Origin: the human T2T-CHM13v2.0 reference genome, Homo sapiens
Strand: one strand, 5' to 3'
Length of the DNA stretch: 64,000 nucleotides
Assembly: GCF_009914755.1 (NCBI RefSeq)
Contig: NC_060925.1
The notes beneath the pieces are model-generated. The model was not told where the DNA came from. It saw only the letters and a list, made by a program, of their open reading frames with translations, and did not search any database. Below, piece after piece: positions 1 through 13,037 of this stretch. A program made the position numbers and the translations under genes. The number at the start of each line of letters is the position of its first letter. Positions within the stretch are counted from its first letter, which is position 1.

Positions 1-495
1 ATGAAAGAGAATGACACCTATCCCAGAAAGTGAAGATCCAACTCAAGAATTACAAGGGTGTTTCCAAAGAAAACCAGAACAATTGAATAGGAAACAACAA
101 TCAAAGACATAACAGAAGGAAAAAAAACTTTCTGAACTAGAAGAGGGTAAAAAAGGATGCACATGCAAAACATTAATAGACTTAGCCAAGTTTACTTTAT
201 TCCAGGCCAAAATAAATGAGCAATCCACACCTGAACTCAGCCTGCTTTCCAGAAACAGAAAAAAGAATTGCTTACAAAATGGACTAGGAAGGGGAGTAAA
301 ATTTCACTGTCTTATCTCACATAGAAGAGATTCTAAAATTATATTTAATTGTTGAATCTGATAATTAGAAAAATTAAGATCAAAAACTGACTTCTGGAAA
401 ACTAAAGTGAAGTTGAAAAGAGGATATAAACCTTCCCAATTACTAAGGAAGTTAAAAACACACAGGGCATTCCATATATCAAACTCCTAAAGCAA

Positions 496-516
496 AATAG
501 AAAAGAAAGAAAGAAA

Positions 517-576
<60 letters not shown>

Positions 577-651
577 AGAAAGAAAGAAAGAAAGGAAGAA
601 AGGAAGGAAGAAAGAAAGAAAAAGAAAGAAAGGAAGAAAGAAAAAAAGAAA
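496..651 (+). repeat. Compound (GAAA)n/(GGAA)n purine microsatellite
   Basis: Visible directly: aaagaaagaaag... over ~150 bp. Confidence 0.97.
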
Positions 652-1308
652 ACCATGTAGAACAGAACAACAGAAGTTAACAAAGCAACCCATCTGACAG
701 TAAATACAGATGGCTTAAATCACCTTTATTAGGAAACAAAAGTTCTCAAACTGGAGTAAAAAATTAAATCCAAATATCTGCTGCGTTCAGTAGGCATATC
801 TAAAACAAAAGTGTTCACATTAAAAATAAAAAGAATGGCAAAGAGGTATTGAAAACAATAAAATGAAAAATAGAAGTGATAATTTCTGGCAAAGCAGGCT
901 TCAAAGCAAAAGCAATTAAATAAGAGCAAATAGATTATGTGTATATCATCTACTATTTATATTACTTATGTTGATAAATTGGAAAATGAGATAATGAAGT
1001 TACAGTAGTAATTAGTCTCTTCATGCACCAACTAACCTAATATCAAATGATATAAATTTAAAACTATTAGAAAAGCAGAGAGAAACTGACAAGACCACAA
1101 CTGGTTTGCATGTAATTTTAACACAGATTTATTTAATTTTGATAGTTTTCATTAGGCAAGAAATAATGACATGGACAATTTGAGTAAATATAATTAATAC
1201 TATTAAGGCTCCTAGAAAATGTTGGCCTCTATAAACAGAGAATATGGCACCTTGAAAAGTATTTTTAAAACCTTAACCAAAAATTTACTGTGTTATGCAG
1301 ATGTGTGG

Positions 1309-1310
<2 letters not shown>

Positions 1311-1340
<30 letters not shown>
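1311..1340 (+). repeat. (CA)n microsatellite
   Basis: Visible directly. Confidence 0.97.
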
Positions 1341-1474
1341 CCCAATATATTCCAAAAGTGAAAATTGCACAGGCTTTCTTGTCTAGTCATATGCAATAAA
1401 GCTAGGAAGTAACAGAGAATTGTCAACATCATACTTAATGACAAAACAAGAATTATTGCCATTAAAAGCAATAA

Positions 1475-1846
<372 letters not shown>

Positions 1847-2784
1847 ACAGTCACCATTACTATTTAATGTTGAAGAAATTCTGACCATCTCCAATGATAT
1901 GAAACAGAAATACAGGTGTAATTATTAAGGAAGACTAAAGAATTATTATTTTCAGATGACCTGATTAAATACTTAGAAAATCCAAAAGCACCAGTTGAAA
2001 TTAATAAGATAGAGTACTAAAATGATAGCCACAAGCTAATTATAGAAAACAATGGCAGTTAAAAAACATATGGAAAAATGACTCCACTCCCAGTAGTAAC
2101 AAAAACAAAATTATAAAATACCTAGAAGTAACCCCAAGAAGAAATATGTGCAACTTAAATGAATAAACTATAAGTCATTACTAAGAAGAGTTGATTAAAC
2201 ATATCTCCAGTGTGGGGATATAACATACTATATCCTAAATGTTTCAAATGTAACAATTTTCCCTCAAATTGACTTATACTTCCAATGACATTCATGTCAA
2301 AATCCTGAAGTATTAGGTTTGTCTGTTTGTTGCTTTGCTGGAGCTTGCTGGAATTTACATAGCAGAAAATAAACATTTTAAGTTCAAAATTATATATAAA
2401 TGTAAGAGACAACTCTTAAAATTCTCAAAAGGAGGGCACACTCTGTGCTTGGAAAGAGTTAATTCTGAATAACTTTAATATTATGTATAGACCTTTTGCC
2501 TTTCCTGAGCCAAATTGTTGCCTTAGATTTATCCTCTGGGCACTTGTCAATAGCTACAAAAATATCTCAGCCAATTAGCATTTCTAGGCAAGAGCTACTC
2601 TACTTGATTTTATTTTCTAGTTAACTGAAAGTTAACCCAAAAACAACAGCATACTTTTCTGCCTCAACAAGGAATTAAGTTTGAATCTTTATTTAATGCA
2701 TAAGGATTTGCAGAGTTCAGAGTCAGGTTTCTGAGCATCAATTTGTGACTATATATAATGTTCAATTTAGAAATAGGAGGAAAT

Positions 2785-2950
2785 TCACAGTTATTGAACA
2801 CTATACTGTGTGTCAGGCACTTGCTTGATGTTGTCAAACACACTGATCTGCACCCTTTCAAGTGTTAAGTATTGTTATCTCCATTTTCCAGACAAAAGAA
2901 CTGAGATTCAAAGAGTTAATAAATCTCCCCATATCATAAAACTACTCCAA
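2785..2950 (-). mobile_element. MIR SINE fragment
   Basis: ccattttccagacaaaagaactgagattcaaagagttaa matches the reverse MIR core. Confidence 0.7.
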
Positions 2951-3266
2951 GATGGTCCCAAATCCCATGGTCTTTCTTTAAAACTAAGCTAGAGACAAAT
3001 CTCCTAAAAGTGGTTCTAGAACAGGGCATTATAAGCACACCTAGGAGTTGGAGATCCCCCTCCACACATGCCCATAGCCCACAGACTCTGATACGCCATC
3101 CAAGATGGGGTGGGGTGGCAAGCAGATATGCTTTGAAGTGTCTTCCCAGTTAATTTTGATACAGCAAGTAACATTTTTGAGAAAAACTGATTTCATTTTC
3201 TATACTTATGGTTGCCTATTTTCCTATTACAGTAATTAGAAAGCAAGGGAAATATACACATTTCTA

Positions 3267-3593
<327 letters not shown>

Positions 3594-4949
3594 ATTCGTT
3601 CAGAATAATAAAGGAATTTTGTTTATTTTGCTTTTGAATGAATTCTTTTACTACTACAGGCTCTGTGGATTAAATGAGGTCTGCCATGAGACAAATTAAA
3701 ATGAAATTCACCAATATGAATTTAAGCTTACAACAATATCTATAAAAGCTCATTAAGAGATGCATAATCTCTCATCTACTCAAATTGTTGATCAAACTCC
3801 TCTCCACCCTCATTGTGCTATACCTTCTGTGCTGTACTACAGTGGTGGACTGAGTGATCCTTCATGTGTGAGTGTGTGAGTGCCTGTGACTTTGGTATTA
3901 GTGAGGGCTACAGATCTGGTTACTGCCACATCACTGTCTTTTTTGAATGCTGTCTGTTCTCTCCCTTTGCCATCATCTGCAAGAGCATAAGAATGGTGTC
4001 ATACTTCTCTTGTGGATCAGGGTTCTGAGGAACTGAAGTTGCCCCAAACCTCTGCTCTTGAAAATGAGGGCAATGACTTATTTGACCTATTGCTTGCCTA
4101 GCTCTTTCCCTTTAGTCCACCATTTTGCCTTGATCACATTATTTTCTCAATGATCCCACATAGGTGGGGTAGGTAGTTACCTATGCTCTAAATAGGTGCA
4201 GAGTCTCAATTCTTTCTATAACAAGCTATCACATGGCTAAAATGCCACCTGTGGGCACAGCATGTCCTTTCCCTTATGAGTGAATCAGTTTACTAGATCA
4301 GTTCTTAGATCCCAGTGGAGTGTCAGGATAGCCTGAGCAAATGTGAATGTTTGGGTTGGTTCACCCACCCTGCACCCACCAAGGAAGGAGAGAGAAGGCC
4401 AAAAGAAAGAAGCAGAAGCAATTGGAAATCAGAGGCATAAAGGTCTAAAGACAAATATCATCCACTTCTGCTTTCAAAAACTCACTATTGATTCTACTAT
4501 CTCACCTCTAAAAACTTGAAATATCACAGAATATTTGTTCTTGTCTTCAGTCCCTGGTAAATGTGCACAGATAAGCAGCTATCATTTTTCAAATCTGGAG
4601 CATACTAACTCTGGTTACTTTTATTTCACCTAATCTTCACTTGAATTTTTCCTCCTGGGCTTCCCCCTGTAACTTCGTAAGACAGCACTTATTGGATGTG
4701 CCACAGTAAGAGTTGTTTTCTGCCTTTGGAGTTAACATCAACATTAGTCACATGTCCCCAAACCAATGTGAGAGTTTTGTTACCTCCAGCAACCATCTCC
4801 AAAGAACACAGAGGAATGGCACGGTATTTTCTATAAGTCCCCCGAATCATTTCCAGAATAATTCCAGTTATTTATGAAGCATCTTTGTTTGGATGCAAAT
4901 ATACCATTTAAAAACCTCTATGAGTAGAGACAGTGCTGATCTTTGTTAC

Positions 4950-5180
4950 GTTAAGCCAGATTTTCCAAAAGTATATTCTGCAGAACCCTAATTCCTAATC
5001 ACCTGGAGAAAATAAAGTTTCCATGGTGAAATAGATTAGGAATGTGCTAAATCAGCTAAATGTGCTAAAGTTAAACTTATTTATTGACTGCTGAATATCA
5101 GTGTCTTTAGCATGCTATTACATTTTGTGACTCTCCAAGAACAATTTTATAATAAGCAACATTTCTCAATCTTGTGTAAC
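4950..5180. mobile_element. Probable ancient hAT-Charlie-type MITE fragment
   Basis: cagattttccaaaagtatattc...tagcatgctattacattttgtgactctccaag...gcaacatttctcaatc resembles MER5-related hAT elements; family uncertain. Confidence 0.4.
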
Positions 5181-7208
5181 TTTGGGCCAGTTACTTTATT
5201 TTTTATAAGCCTCAATTTCAGTCTCCTCATCTTCAAAATTAAGTGTTTAGACTGGATTGTTTCAGCATTACCTTCCATGTACCATCCCTAAGAGTCTATG
5301 ACAACTTTTCATTAAAACAAAGGTTTCTCCTGGAGATACTACCTATCACTTTTCTCTACTATCTAACAAAAACCCTTTCTCAGCTATGTTACTGTGGACA
5401 TCAGGACAGGATGAAGACTGTCTACTGGGGAAACTTCAGAAAGAAACTTCATAATCATTTCCAACCGGATGAAAAAAAGAAAGAGAGAAAGAAGGACTGC
5501 TTGGGACTATTATTAATTGTGATAACAACAGTAAAAACTGTACTCCCCTTTGTTTTTTTCCATCCTTACCAGTTTCAGCATTGATCTTTATCTGAAATTA
5601 CAAACATTTCTATGACAATTTGCTTCCATCCAGAACATCTGGTATCTGGCCAGAAACTGTAAATTGATGCTACCCGCTCTAGTGTCTGACTTGAGAAAGG
5701 GGCTGGGAGGGGGATGGTAGGAGCAGAGGAACTGTGGAGACAGACGCTGCTGAGACATTTAAAATGCACTCTCCCCTAATAGGAAACAGAGCAGACTGTG
5801 ATAGAGAGAAGGGAAAGAGAGAAGGGAAGGAGAGAAGCAGCTCACTGCAAATGGGGGCAGGGGAGGGAGGAGGAGTGCCTTGCTACCAAAGGCCCAGCAC
5901 CCGGCAGGGAGGCCTGGAAGGATGCAACAGGAGCGGGGTTGCCTGATAAGACAGCGATAGAAAACCAAGAGATAAAAGGAAGTCTGGCCAGCAGCAGCTA
6001 GTCTAGAGGCAGGCAGGGAATCACCTGACGCAGACAGCAAGGGGTGACAGAAGCTGGCCAATCAGAGAGCTCAGCACAAGAGGAAGGGCAGTGAGGTGCA
6101 GGGTGGCATGGAGGGGTCTTAGAGGAATACCATTACCTTGCCAGCTTTCGATCAAGATGTACAGTTTTTCCTTATGGGGAAACCAGTAGGGCATTCAGCC
6201 CACCAAGCTAGTGGCCAGTTAGCTAAGATGTATTTAACCTTACAGGTGGACAGAGTCTCCAGAAGGATTTTGGCAGGAAAAACTACTGTTTATATCAAGA
6301 TGTTACAGAAAAAGAAAGCTGAAGAAATTTCAGCCCTTGCTGTCATTACTAAACTACCTTAACCAATCAACTGAAAGTTTTTTGTATATTCAGAGTCATT
6401 CAACAAGAACTTCTGGAAAACCTGTTATGTTCAGAGCTGAGATAGAAAGGCCAAGTACTGAAGATACAATGGGAAACAAGGCATAGGCTCTGATCTGAAG
6501 GAACTTTAAGCAGTGTCCTCAGGTGTACACTAGAAAAAATTTCTGCCTTGCCTCCTTCAAAGGCTTAGTGGCAATGGTAGATGTGAAAGCAAAGCTGTAA
6601 AATATTGAAAATAATACAAATAGGAGGAGATGAATATCATTACCTATGCAGCTTTAAGTCCTAACACTTTACTTCTGAAGTGATCAGAATTCAGTTTTGT
6701 GACTTTGCTCTTCCATCTTTACAAAAGTTTTCTAGATTCCTAAACAATCATACCACTTCCCATGAAAGGAGCTATTCTGCATCTTCAAAAAATCATTAGA
6801 CATCTGATTCAGTTGGCTTTATTAGTGCCCTCATTGTACTTAGGGAGACCTTGCCTAAGAGAGATGTCCTGTAAGTCAACCTTGGATAAAAGGTATTGCT
6901 TTGTGTGGCACAGAAATCATGTTAAAAGCCAAGGGCAGTGATAAATGGGAACCAACTCGTTAGCCCAGAGATTTTATGCACAGTATCCCTAGACCCACTC
7001 AAATTCAAAAGGTGTTCAAAGCAGAGATTGGGAACTCTCAGCCCTGTGTGCCAGATGGTGGACCCTACCAACAGGCTCAGGAAACACCAAGCCCTTGGGG
7101 CTGTGCATCTGCCATCCACTTCCCCATCCCTGAGAGCTTGCCAAGAGGCCATCAGCACCCTCGCCAAACACACTCTTCCTATGATGGTGGGCACTGGGAA
7201 TCCATTAG

Positions 7209-7551
7209 CAACAATCCCCAACCTTTTCAGCACCAGGACCCAGTTTCACAGAAGACAATATTTCCACAGACGGTGGAGGTGGGGGCAGCAGTTTCAGGAT
7301 GAAACTGTTCCACCTCAGATCATCAGGCATTAGTTAGATTCTCACAAGGAGCTCGCAACCTAGATCCCTCAATGCACAGTTCACAATAGTGTTGGCAAGA
7401 GAATCTAGTGCCACCGCTGATTTGACAGGAGGTGGAGCTAAGGTGGTAATGCTCATTTGCCCACTGTTCACCTCCTGCTGTGCGGCCCAGTTCCTACCAG
7501 CCCACAGACCTGATGGATACCAATCCATGGCCCAGGGGTTGGGGACCCCTG
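7209..7551 (+). mobile_element. MER1B-like hAT-Charlie MITE
   Basis: Termini caacaatccccaacc ... ggttggggacccctg (inverted). Internal gatgaaactgttccacctcagatcatcaggcattagttagattctca matches the MER1 consensus. Confidence 0.9.
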
Positions 7552-7639
7552 CATTGTAGTATTGTGAGAGATTAGGTCTGTCCCAAGCTTCCCGTCAATT
7601 TCACACATCCAGCCCACTGCCCACTGACTTTGAGGATAG

Positions 7640-8272
7640 GTTTTTGTTTTAATTGTGTCAGATATACATAACATAAAATTTACCGTTGTAACCTTTTCTG
7701 AGTGTACAATTCAGTGGCATTAAGTGCATTTAATTGTTCTGCAACAATTATCACTATCCATCGCCAAAACTGTTTCATCTAAAACTCTGCACCCATTAAA
7801 CAACAACTCTGCATTCCCCTTCCCACCCCCAGCACCACCCCATGACAATCACCATTCTACTTTCTGTCTCTATGAATTTGGCTACTCTAGGTATCTTATA
7901 TAAGTGGAATCACACAATATTTGTCCTTTTGTGTCTTATTTCACTTAGCATAATGTTCAAAGTTTATCTGTGTTGTAGCATATGTCAGAATTTCCTATCT
8001 GATTAAGGAGGAATAATATTCCATCGTATATATACACCACTTTTTTTAGTTCATTCATCCATTGATGGATATTTGGGTTGTTTGCCCCTTTTGGCTATTG
8101 TGCATAATGCCGCTATGAACATGCGAATGCAGAGATCTGTCCAAATCTCTGCTTTCAATTCTTTGGGGTACATACTAGAAGTACAATTGCTGTATCATAT
8201 GGTAATTCTATGTTCAGCTTTTTGAAGAACCACCGTGCTGTCTTTCACAATGGCTCCATCCTTTTACATGCC
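7640..8272 (-). mobile_element. L1MB-type LINE-1 3' end
   Basis: atatacataacataaaatttacc...gtgtacaattcagtggcattaag...tataagtggaatcacacaatatttgtcctttt is typical reverse L1MB 3'UTR/ORF2 end. Confidence 0.9.
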
Positions 8273-8689
8273 ATGGACACACACGGACTAAAGGAAAGGG
8301 GAGGCTGGCTCAACACCTGGAAAAGCTAGCCACTGTTTTAAAAGTTGTCACCAATAATCCATTGATGGGTCAAAGTGTTTTCAAAGAACCAAGAGCCATT
8401 TCATTTATTGATTTATTAAATAAACTTCTGTTGAGCCTATACTTGCAACTAGCACTGGCTTAGTTACTCAGAAGGCAAAGACAATTATGATACAGCCAGT
8501 TAGACTTCTAGGAGGCTTGTAAAAGTTGATTCAGATGAGATCCATCCAGAGGAGGAAAGGCAGGTCTTCATAAAGAAATTATTCTACATGTAACTTCTAT
8601 TTGCCACCTCGCTCGCTTCCTATTTTAATTACACCATAGTAACTCACATAAACAACTTAGGCAATGTAAGAATTGACCTTAGGCAATAT

Positions 8690-8876
8690 AAGAAGTGATT
8701 AAGAGTATGAACTCTGAAAGCAAACAGACCTAGAGTCCAAAAGCACCTCCTGTGTGACCATGAGAAAGTTACTTAAACCCTCTTAGCCTCAGTTTTCTCA
8801 TAATTTTTAAAGGGTGTGAGCTTACAAAGTATCTAGCACAGTGCCTGGTGTGAAATAAACACTCAAAAATGTTAGC

Positions 8877-8913
<37 letters not shown>
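8690..8913 (+). mobile_element. MIR SINE with expanded (TTA)n tail
   Basis: gtgattaagagtatgaactctg...tgtgtgaccatgagaaagttacttaa...gcacagtgcctggtg...gttagctgttattattatt. Confidence 0.85.
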
Positions 8914-8914
<1 letters not shown>

Positions 8915-10014
8915 GACAAATACACCTTTTTGTTCCTTTGTAGTTTTATGTTTTTTTGTTTTAAGCAGGGGAATGGAGGAAGAGGGATCTCTGATTTATG
9001 TTTTTTTCCCTCTTATGGCTATATATGATCCTCCTAAAAATAAAAAATCTAGGACTTCTCAAGCCCGCATCTCTATGTATTTCACTCTGTGCTGGATCTC
9101 ATGAGGAGTATAATAGTCTTTCCCATAAACACAAATTTTTATGAACGTGGTATCAGCAAAGTGAGCTCTTCTCAAGTAGATACATGGACCTGAAAAGCAA
9201 ACTGACTTTCATAATTTTTAAAAACTCTTTTTCCCAATAATCGATTGTGTCAAATTCAGAAAGCATGTCATCTACACAAGACCAGTTTTATAGCACATTG
9301 AAGCCCAACTTCAGAGGACATGAAACTGGTAGGAAGCTCATAATTCATAAGCTCCAACTTGCTGACTTCAGAGGTTGGTTTTCCCTGGGAAGCCTGCTCT
9401 CAAAACCATCCTCTGTGTGCTCACTTGGACCTCAGGTTCCTAAGCAGTTGTGCTTGGGTTAAAATTTAGTAACTGAGAACCTCAACTGAAGCTCTGTCCT
9501 GAGTAACACTGCTATGAAACATACCCCTCTTTGTTGGATTTAGAGTTTAGGCTGCTTTGGAAAGCTGTCTAAGTCAACTTCCCCAGCTGCAGCACAAAAG
9601 TTTGCATCACAGAGGGTGCTACTTGTCAGTTTCAGTTCTAAGCTGCCCACATTTTACTCTTGGTAATGAAAACATCAAATTCAGGAACTCACTTTCCTGG
9701 ATTGTGACTTTCACTTGTTAGTGTTCCAAGCTCTATCCAAAAGAGAAACATGGAAGAAGGTTTGAGATCATTCTTAGAATCAAGAGTTGTATTTGGCAGT
9801 TTCAGGGATGAAGGAAAGTAAATGGAAGGGAAGCAAACTCTTTTACACACTATCATTGAATAAGGCCACCTTTAAGTGCTACCATGCATTTGTGTTGTCA
9901 CTGAAATTAAAGACAGAGGGAGAGAGAGAGAGAGAGGGAGAGAAGAGAAGGAACACTCTCCCCTCCCCAAATAAAGAGTGGCAGTGCCTTGAGTTCAATC
10001 AACTAGAAGTTGGG

Positions 10015-10152
10015 AACACTAACTGTCTCCATTTGTAAAATGGTAATAATAATACTCACCACCTGCTTCTCAGAGCTGGTTTACGGGTTTGTGTTCATTT
10101 CTGAGAGGGGCTTGAGATCCTTGAGTGAAAGGTGTGATGCACAGTATTATAA
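10015..10152 (+). mobile_element. Very old CORE-SINE fragment with an amniote-type tail (MIR1_Amn-like)
   Basis: CORE-like ctccatttgtaaaatggtaataataatactcacc is followed by gcttgagatccttgagtgaaaggtgtgatgcacagtattat instead of a normal MIR tail. Confidence 0.45.
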
Positions 10153-11434
10153 TTCCCACCACAGGGTAACATATGGAGAGGGAAAGAAAGTGTATAGATA
10201 CGTATGTTTCTGTTTAAACTCTGTGTGCAATGCTGACTTTTATCTTATTTTGCCTTTAAGCTAAACTGCATGGGTCACATTTGGAGCATATGTTGTTATC
10301 ATTTGCCTTTTTTAGCTCAAGAAAATTGAGTGAATAACGGGTATTGTTTCCCTGTTTACGGTGGTTAGAGTGGTTGAGCGTTTGGAAATCTCTGACGCCA
10401 CACACAAAATAGTAGATTCTCTTATTATTATGCTAAGGGTGAGGGGCTTCAGTTTGTGTTTCCCCCTGTTCTATCATCCACATATATTATGGACCTATTT
10501 TTGAAATTGGCACAGTATTATGTTACAAGTGAAAAATTCTTTTCACTCTCCTTGATAGAAAGAACGGACAATGAAAGCATCACACTCTTGGATACCCATA
10601 TGCCTCTCACTCACAGCCTCTTAATTGGTCTAATGTGCTTTTCACTTTTTGCTTTTTTCCTATAATGAGCTTTCACATTAGTGGTCTTATATTTTAAATC
10701 CTTGCTGAGGACGCCGGCCCCATAAGTGTGCTATGGAAGAATCTACACTTCTGCAGAAGGCTTCTTTCTCAATTTAATTTTAATTAGAAACCAGGTGGTA
10801 CAAACCAAAAAGGTTGGTGGTATTCCTTGGATGTAAGATGTGAAATGGGTTTAAGTAACACTGTATTAGTCATGAGGCAGAAATGGAGTAATGTTGACAT
10901 GACTTGAAAGTAGCATTGTTGAGTAAATGAATATGTGAGAAGCACTTGCTAAACTAAATGAGTTTTGCAGTTGTATGCACATTTGTGTAATCCTGTTTAT
11001 TGATGCCTGAAACAATTTGCAAAATAGAAACAAATCCATGAAGAAGAAATATGTTTGGAATTATTTGTTTATATGACAATTTAAAAAAAAACACAGGAAT
11101 CCAAATGCCACATTTCATGCACTAAATATACCATATGTGGAAGCTTCCCCTCAGAAAATTCAGCAGCAACCTTTGCTGTCTGATGCGGAACAATAAGAAA
11201 CAACCCAATGTCTTTTACTTGCTTATTCAATCAATTTTAATGTGAGAGTTAGTTTCGTAAAAAATGTATCCAAACACAATATTAGTATACCTGTACTATT
11301 ATCTTTTAGAAGCTGATGAAGAATTTTCTACTTTTTCTTTATGCATTATGAGTAAGAGTAATGACTTTAAAAGAAAAATGTATATTCGCATATTTTCCTA
11401 AAAACAAATCCATGTATTTTTTAAGGAAATATCT

Positions 11435-11652
11435 ATAAGCTTATGATGGGCACTATTCTTAAGCACTTTACCATCATTAATTCATTTAGTGCTCATTAAA
11501 ATTCCTTGATTACTTCCAATTGACAGATGAGGAGAGTGCAGCACAGAGAAGTTCCGTATTTTGTTCAGAGTCACACAGCAATAGGTAGGCGAGCCAGATT
11601 TCAAAGCCAGGGAGTCCTTGTCTCCAACATCCGTGCTTTAACCACAACACTG
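11435..11652 (-). mobile_element. MIR SINE
   Basis: gacagatgaggagagtgcagcacagagaagtt...gtcacacagc...gagccagatttcaaagccagg...gtgctttaaccac. Confidence 0.85.
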
Positions 11653-11859
11653 CTGACTTTCCACAGAGCAGAGCCTCCATGTATTTATTTGTGAATTTTT
11701 TTTTAGAGGATCTCAGGTTCCTGGTTTAATTTGTCAGCTAGACACCATCATCTTATTTTTGCAGCTCAGACGCTAGACAGTCTGCCTCCATGCCTGCTGG
11801 CTGTCCTTGGAGCTGTGGGACTCTCCCTCTCATGCCCATTTCTCTGGGCCTTTACTTTT

Positions 11860-12200
11860 TGAGGAAAAACACTTGTTGCTGTCTGACTCAGTTAAGAAGT
11901 ACAAGTAGCCCTAGCCCTGCCAGCTGCAATCCCAGACTGGATCACTTCTCCAGATTTGAGGTTAATCAACTGCAAATTCCATTAGCTTCATACGGAGTGA
12001 AAATAAAGAACAGACGGCTTCACATGGGAGCCTGAAGTCAGGTGCGGCTCCCCCAGGCTGGCCTGCAGGTATCAGTTTTTTCTCCCGCCTCAAAGGAACG
12101 GTGCCTTTGATAGGGAGGCAGATCAAAGAAGGGCTGTTCCAGAAACGCCTCTGCTGCTGGAAAAGCTCTCAAAGTCTACCCCCACGTGCACCACAGACCT
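11860..12200. promoter_or_regulatory. Candidate enhancer: TCF/LEF triple site, AP-1 and E-box
   Basis: TCAAAGG 12090-96, CTTTGAT 12105-11, ATCAAAG 12122-28; TGACTCA ~11884; CACGTG 12183-88; non-repeat context. Confidence 0.45.
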
Positions 12201-13024
12201 TTTTTTTTTTTTTTTTTTTTGGAAAGATGTAGAATTTGATACTTCGGATCATTATATTCTGGCCGCTGTGGGAACGTTTCCTAGGTTCACTCTGGTATGC
12301 AGCTGTGGTAGGTATGTAATGCTGACAACTGATTCCCCTGCCCACTAGACAAGATGGTGAAGAGTTAGGTTCAAAAAGGTTGCTGTGACTTTGAGGTGGT
12401 CTTTACTTGAGCTTGAGGCTTCTTTTCACAGGTCCTGATGGAGAATGGCTTTAAAACACAAAATAAAAGCCGTTTTCCAAAGATCACTGATGTTTTTCAA
12501 AGAAGAACAAAAGTGAACTTGCTAGAACATATTCAAATGCAAGCTGTTAGTTTCTCATTAATCTAAGTTGCCCAAACAAAAGCTTTGCTGGTGGAATAAA
12601 GGAAGTATTATATAGCAGTATTGAGAAAGTTAGTAATTTCCTTAAAAATGCACAATTCTATTAGTCTCCTTATGGGAGGGTCCCCATGATCAGGTAGAGT
12701 TCAATTTCCGTTTGACTTTTTAAATGCCATATGGCCATTATCTAAACTCTTTTCACTTTCCCTGAATCCCTACCCCTCACCATTGGCTGGATTACTGTTT
12801 TGCTTTTATAATTTTCCCTTTTTTAATTGCTTATCTCTTCCTACCCCAGATTAAGGAAAATATTGTCACAGTTAAAACGGAAGAAAAATCCAATAACTCT
12901 ATTGGTGGGAACTTATAAGCTAACCAACCTTGATCACAAATGTTCCCTTTCTAATCATAGTTTGTGGTGGAATGAAAGATGCAATTGTCTGGAAGGGATG
13001 AATATGGGATCCATGCTGGCTTGG

Positions 13025-13037
13025 GGGTCAAAGGTCA
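13025..13037 (+). promoter_or_regulatory. Consensus nuclear-receptor DR1 element
   Basis: GGGTCA-A-AGGTCA. Confidence 0.45.

Noticed and set aside
402-693. F/L/S-rich ORFs on the minus strand
   Set aside because: Translation of the (GAAA)n microsatellite
4243-4257. CTCF-like motif tgccacctgtgggca (also weak matches near 22495, 22655 and 53840)
   Set aside because: Only partial matches to the core; cannot be supported without PWM scoring or ChIP
6922-7333. Three overlapping 100-130-aa ORFs
   Set aside because: No homology recognised; they run into a MER1 element and look like chance frames
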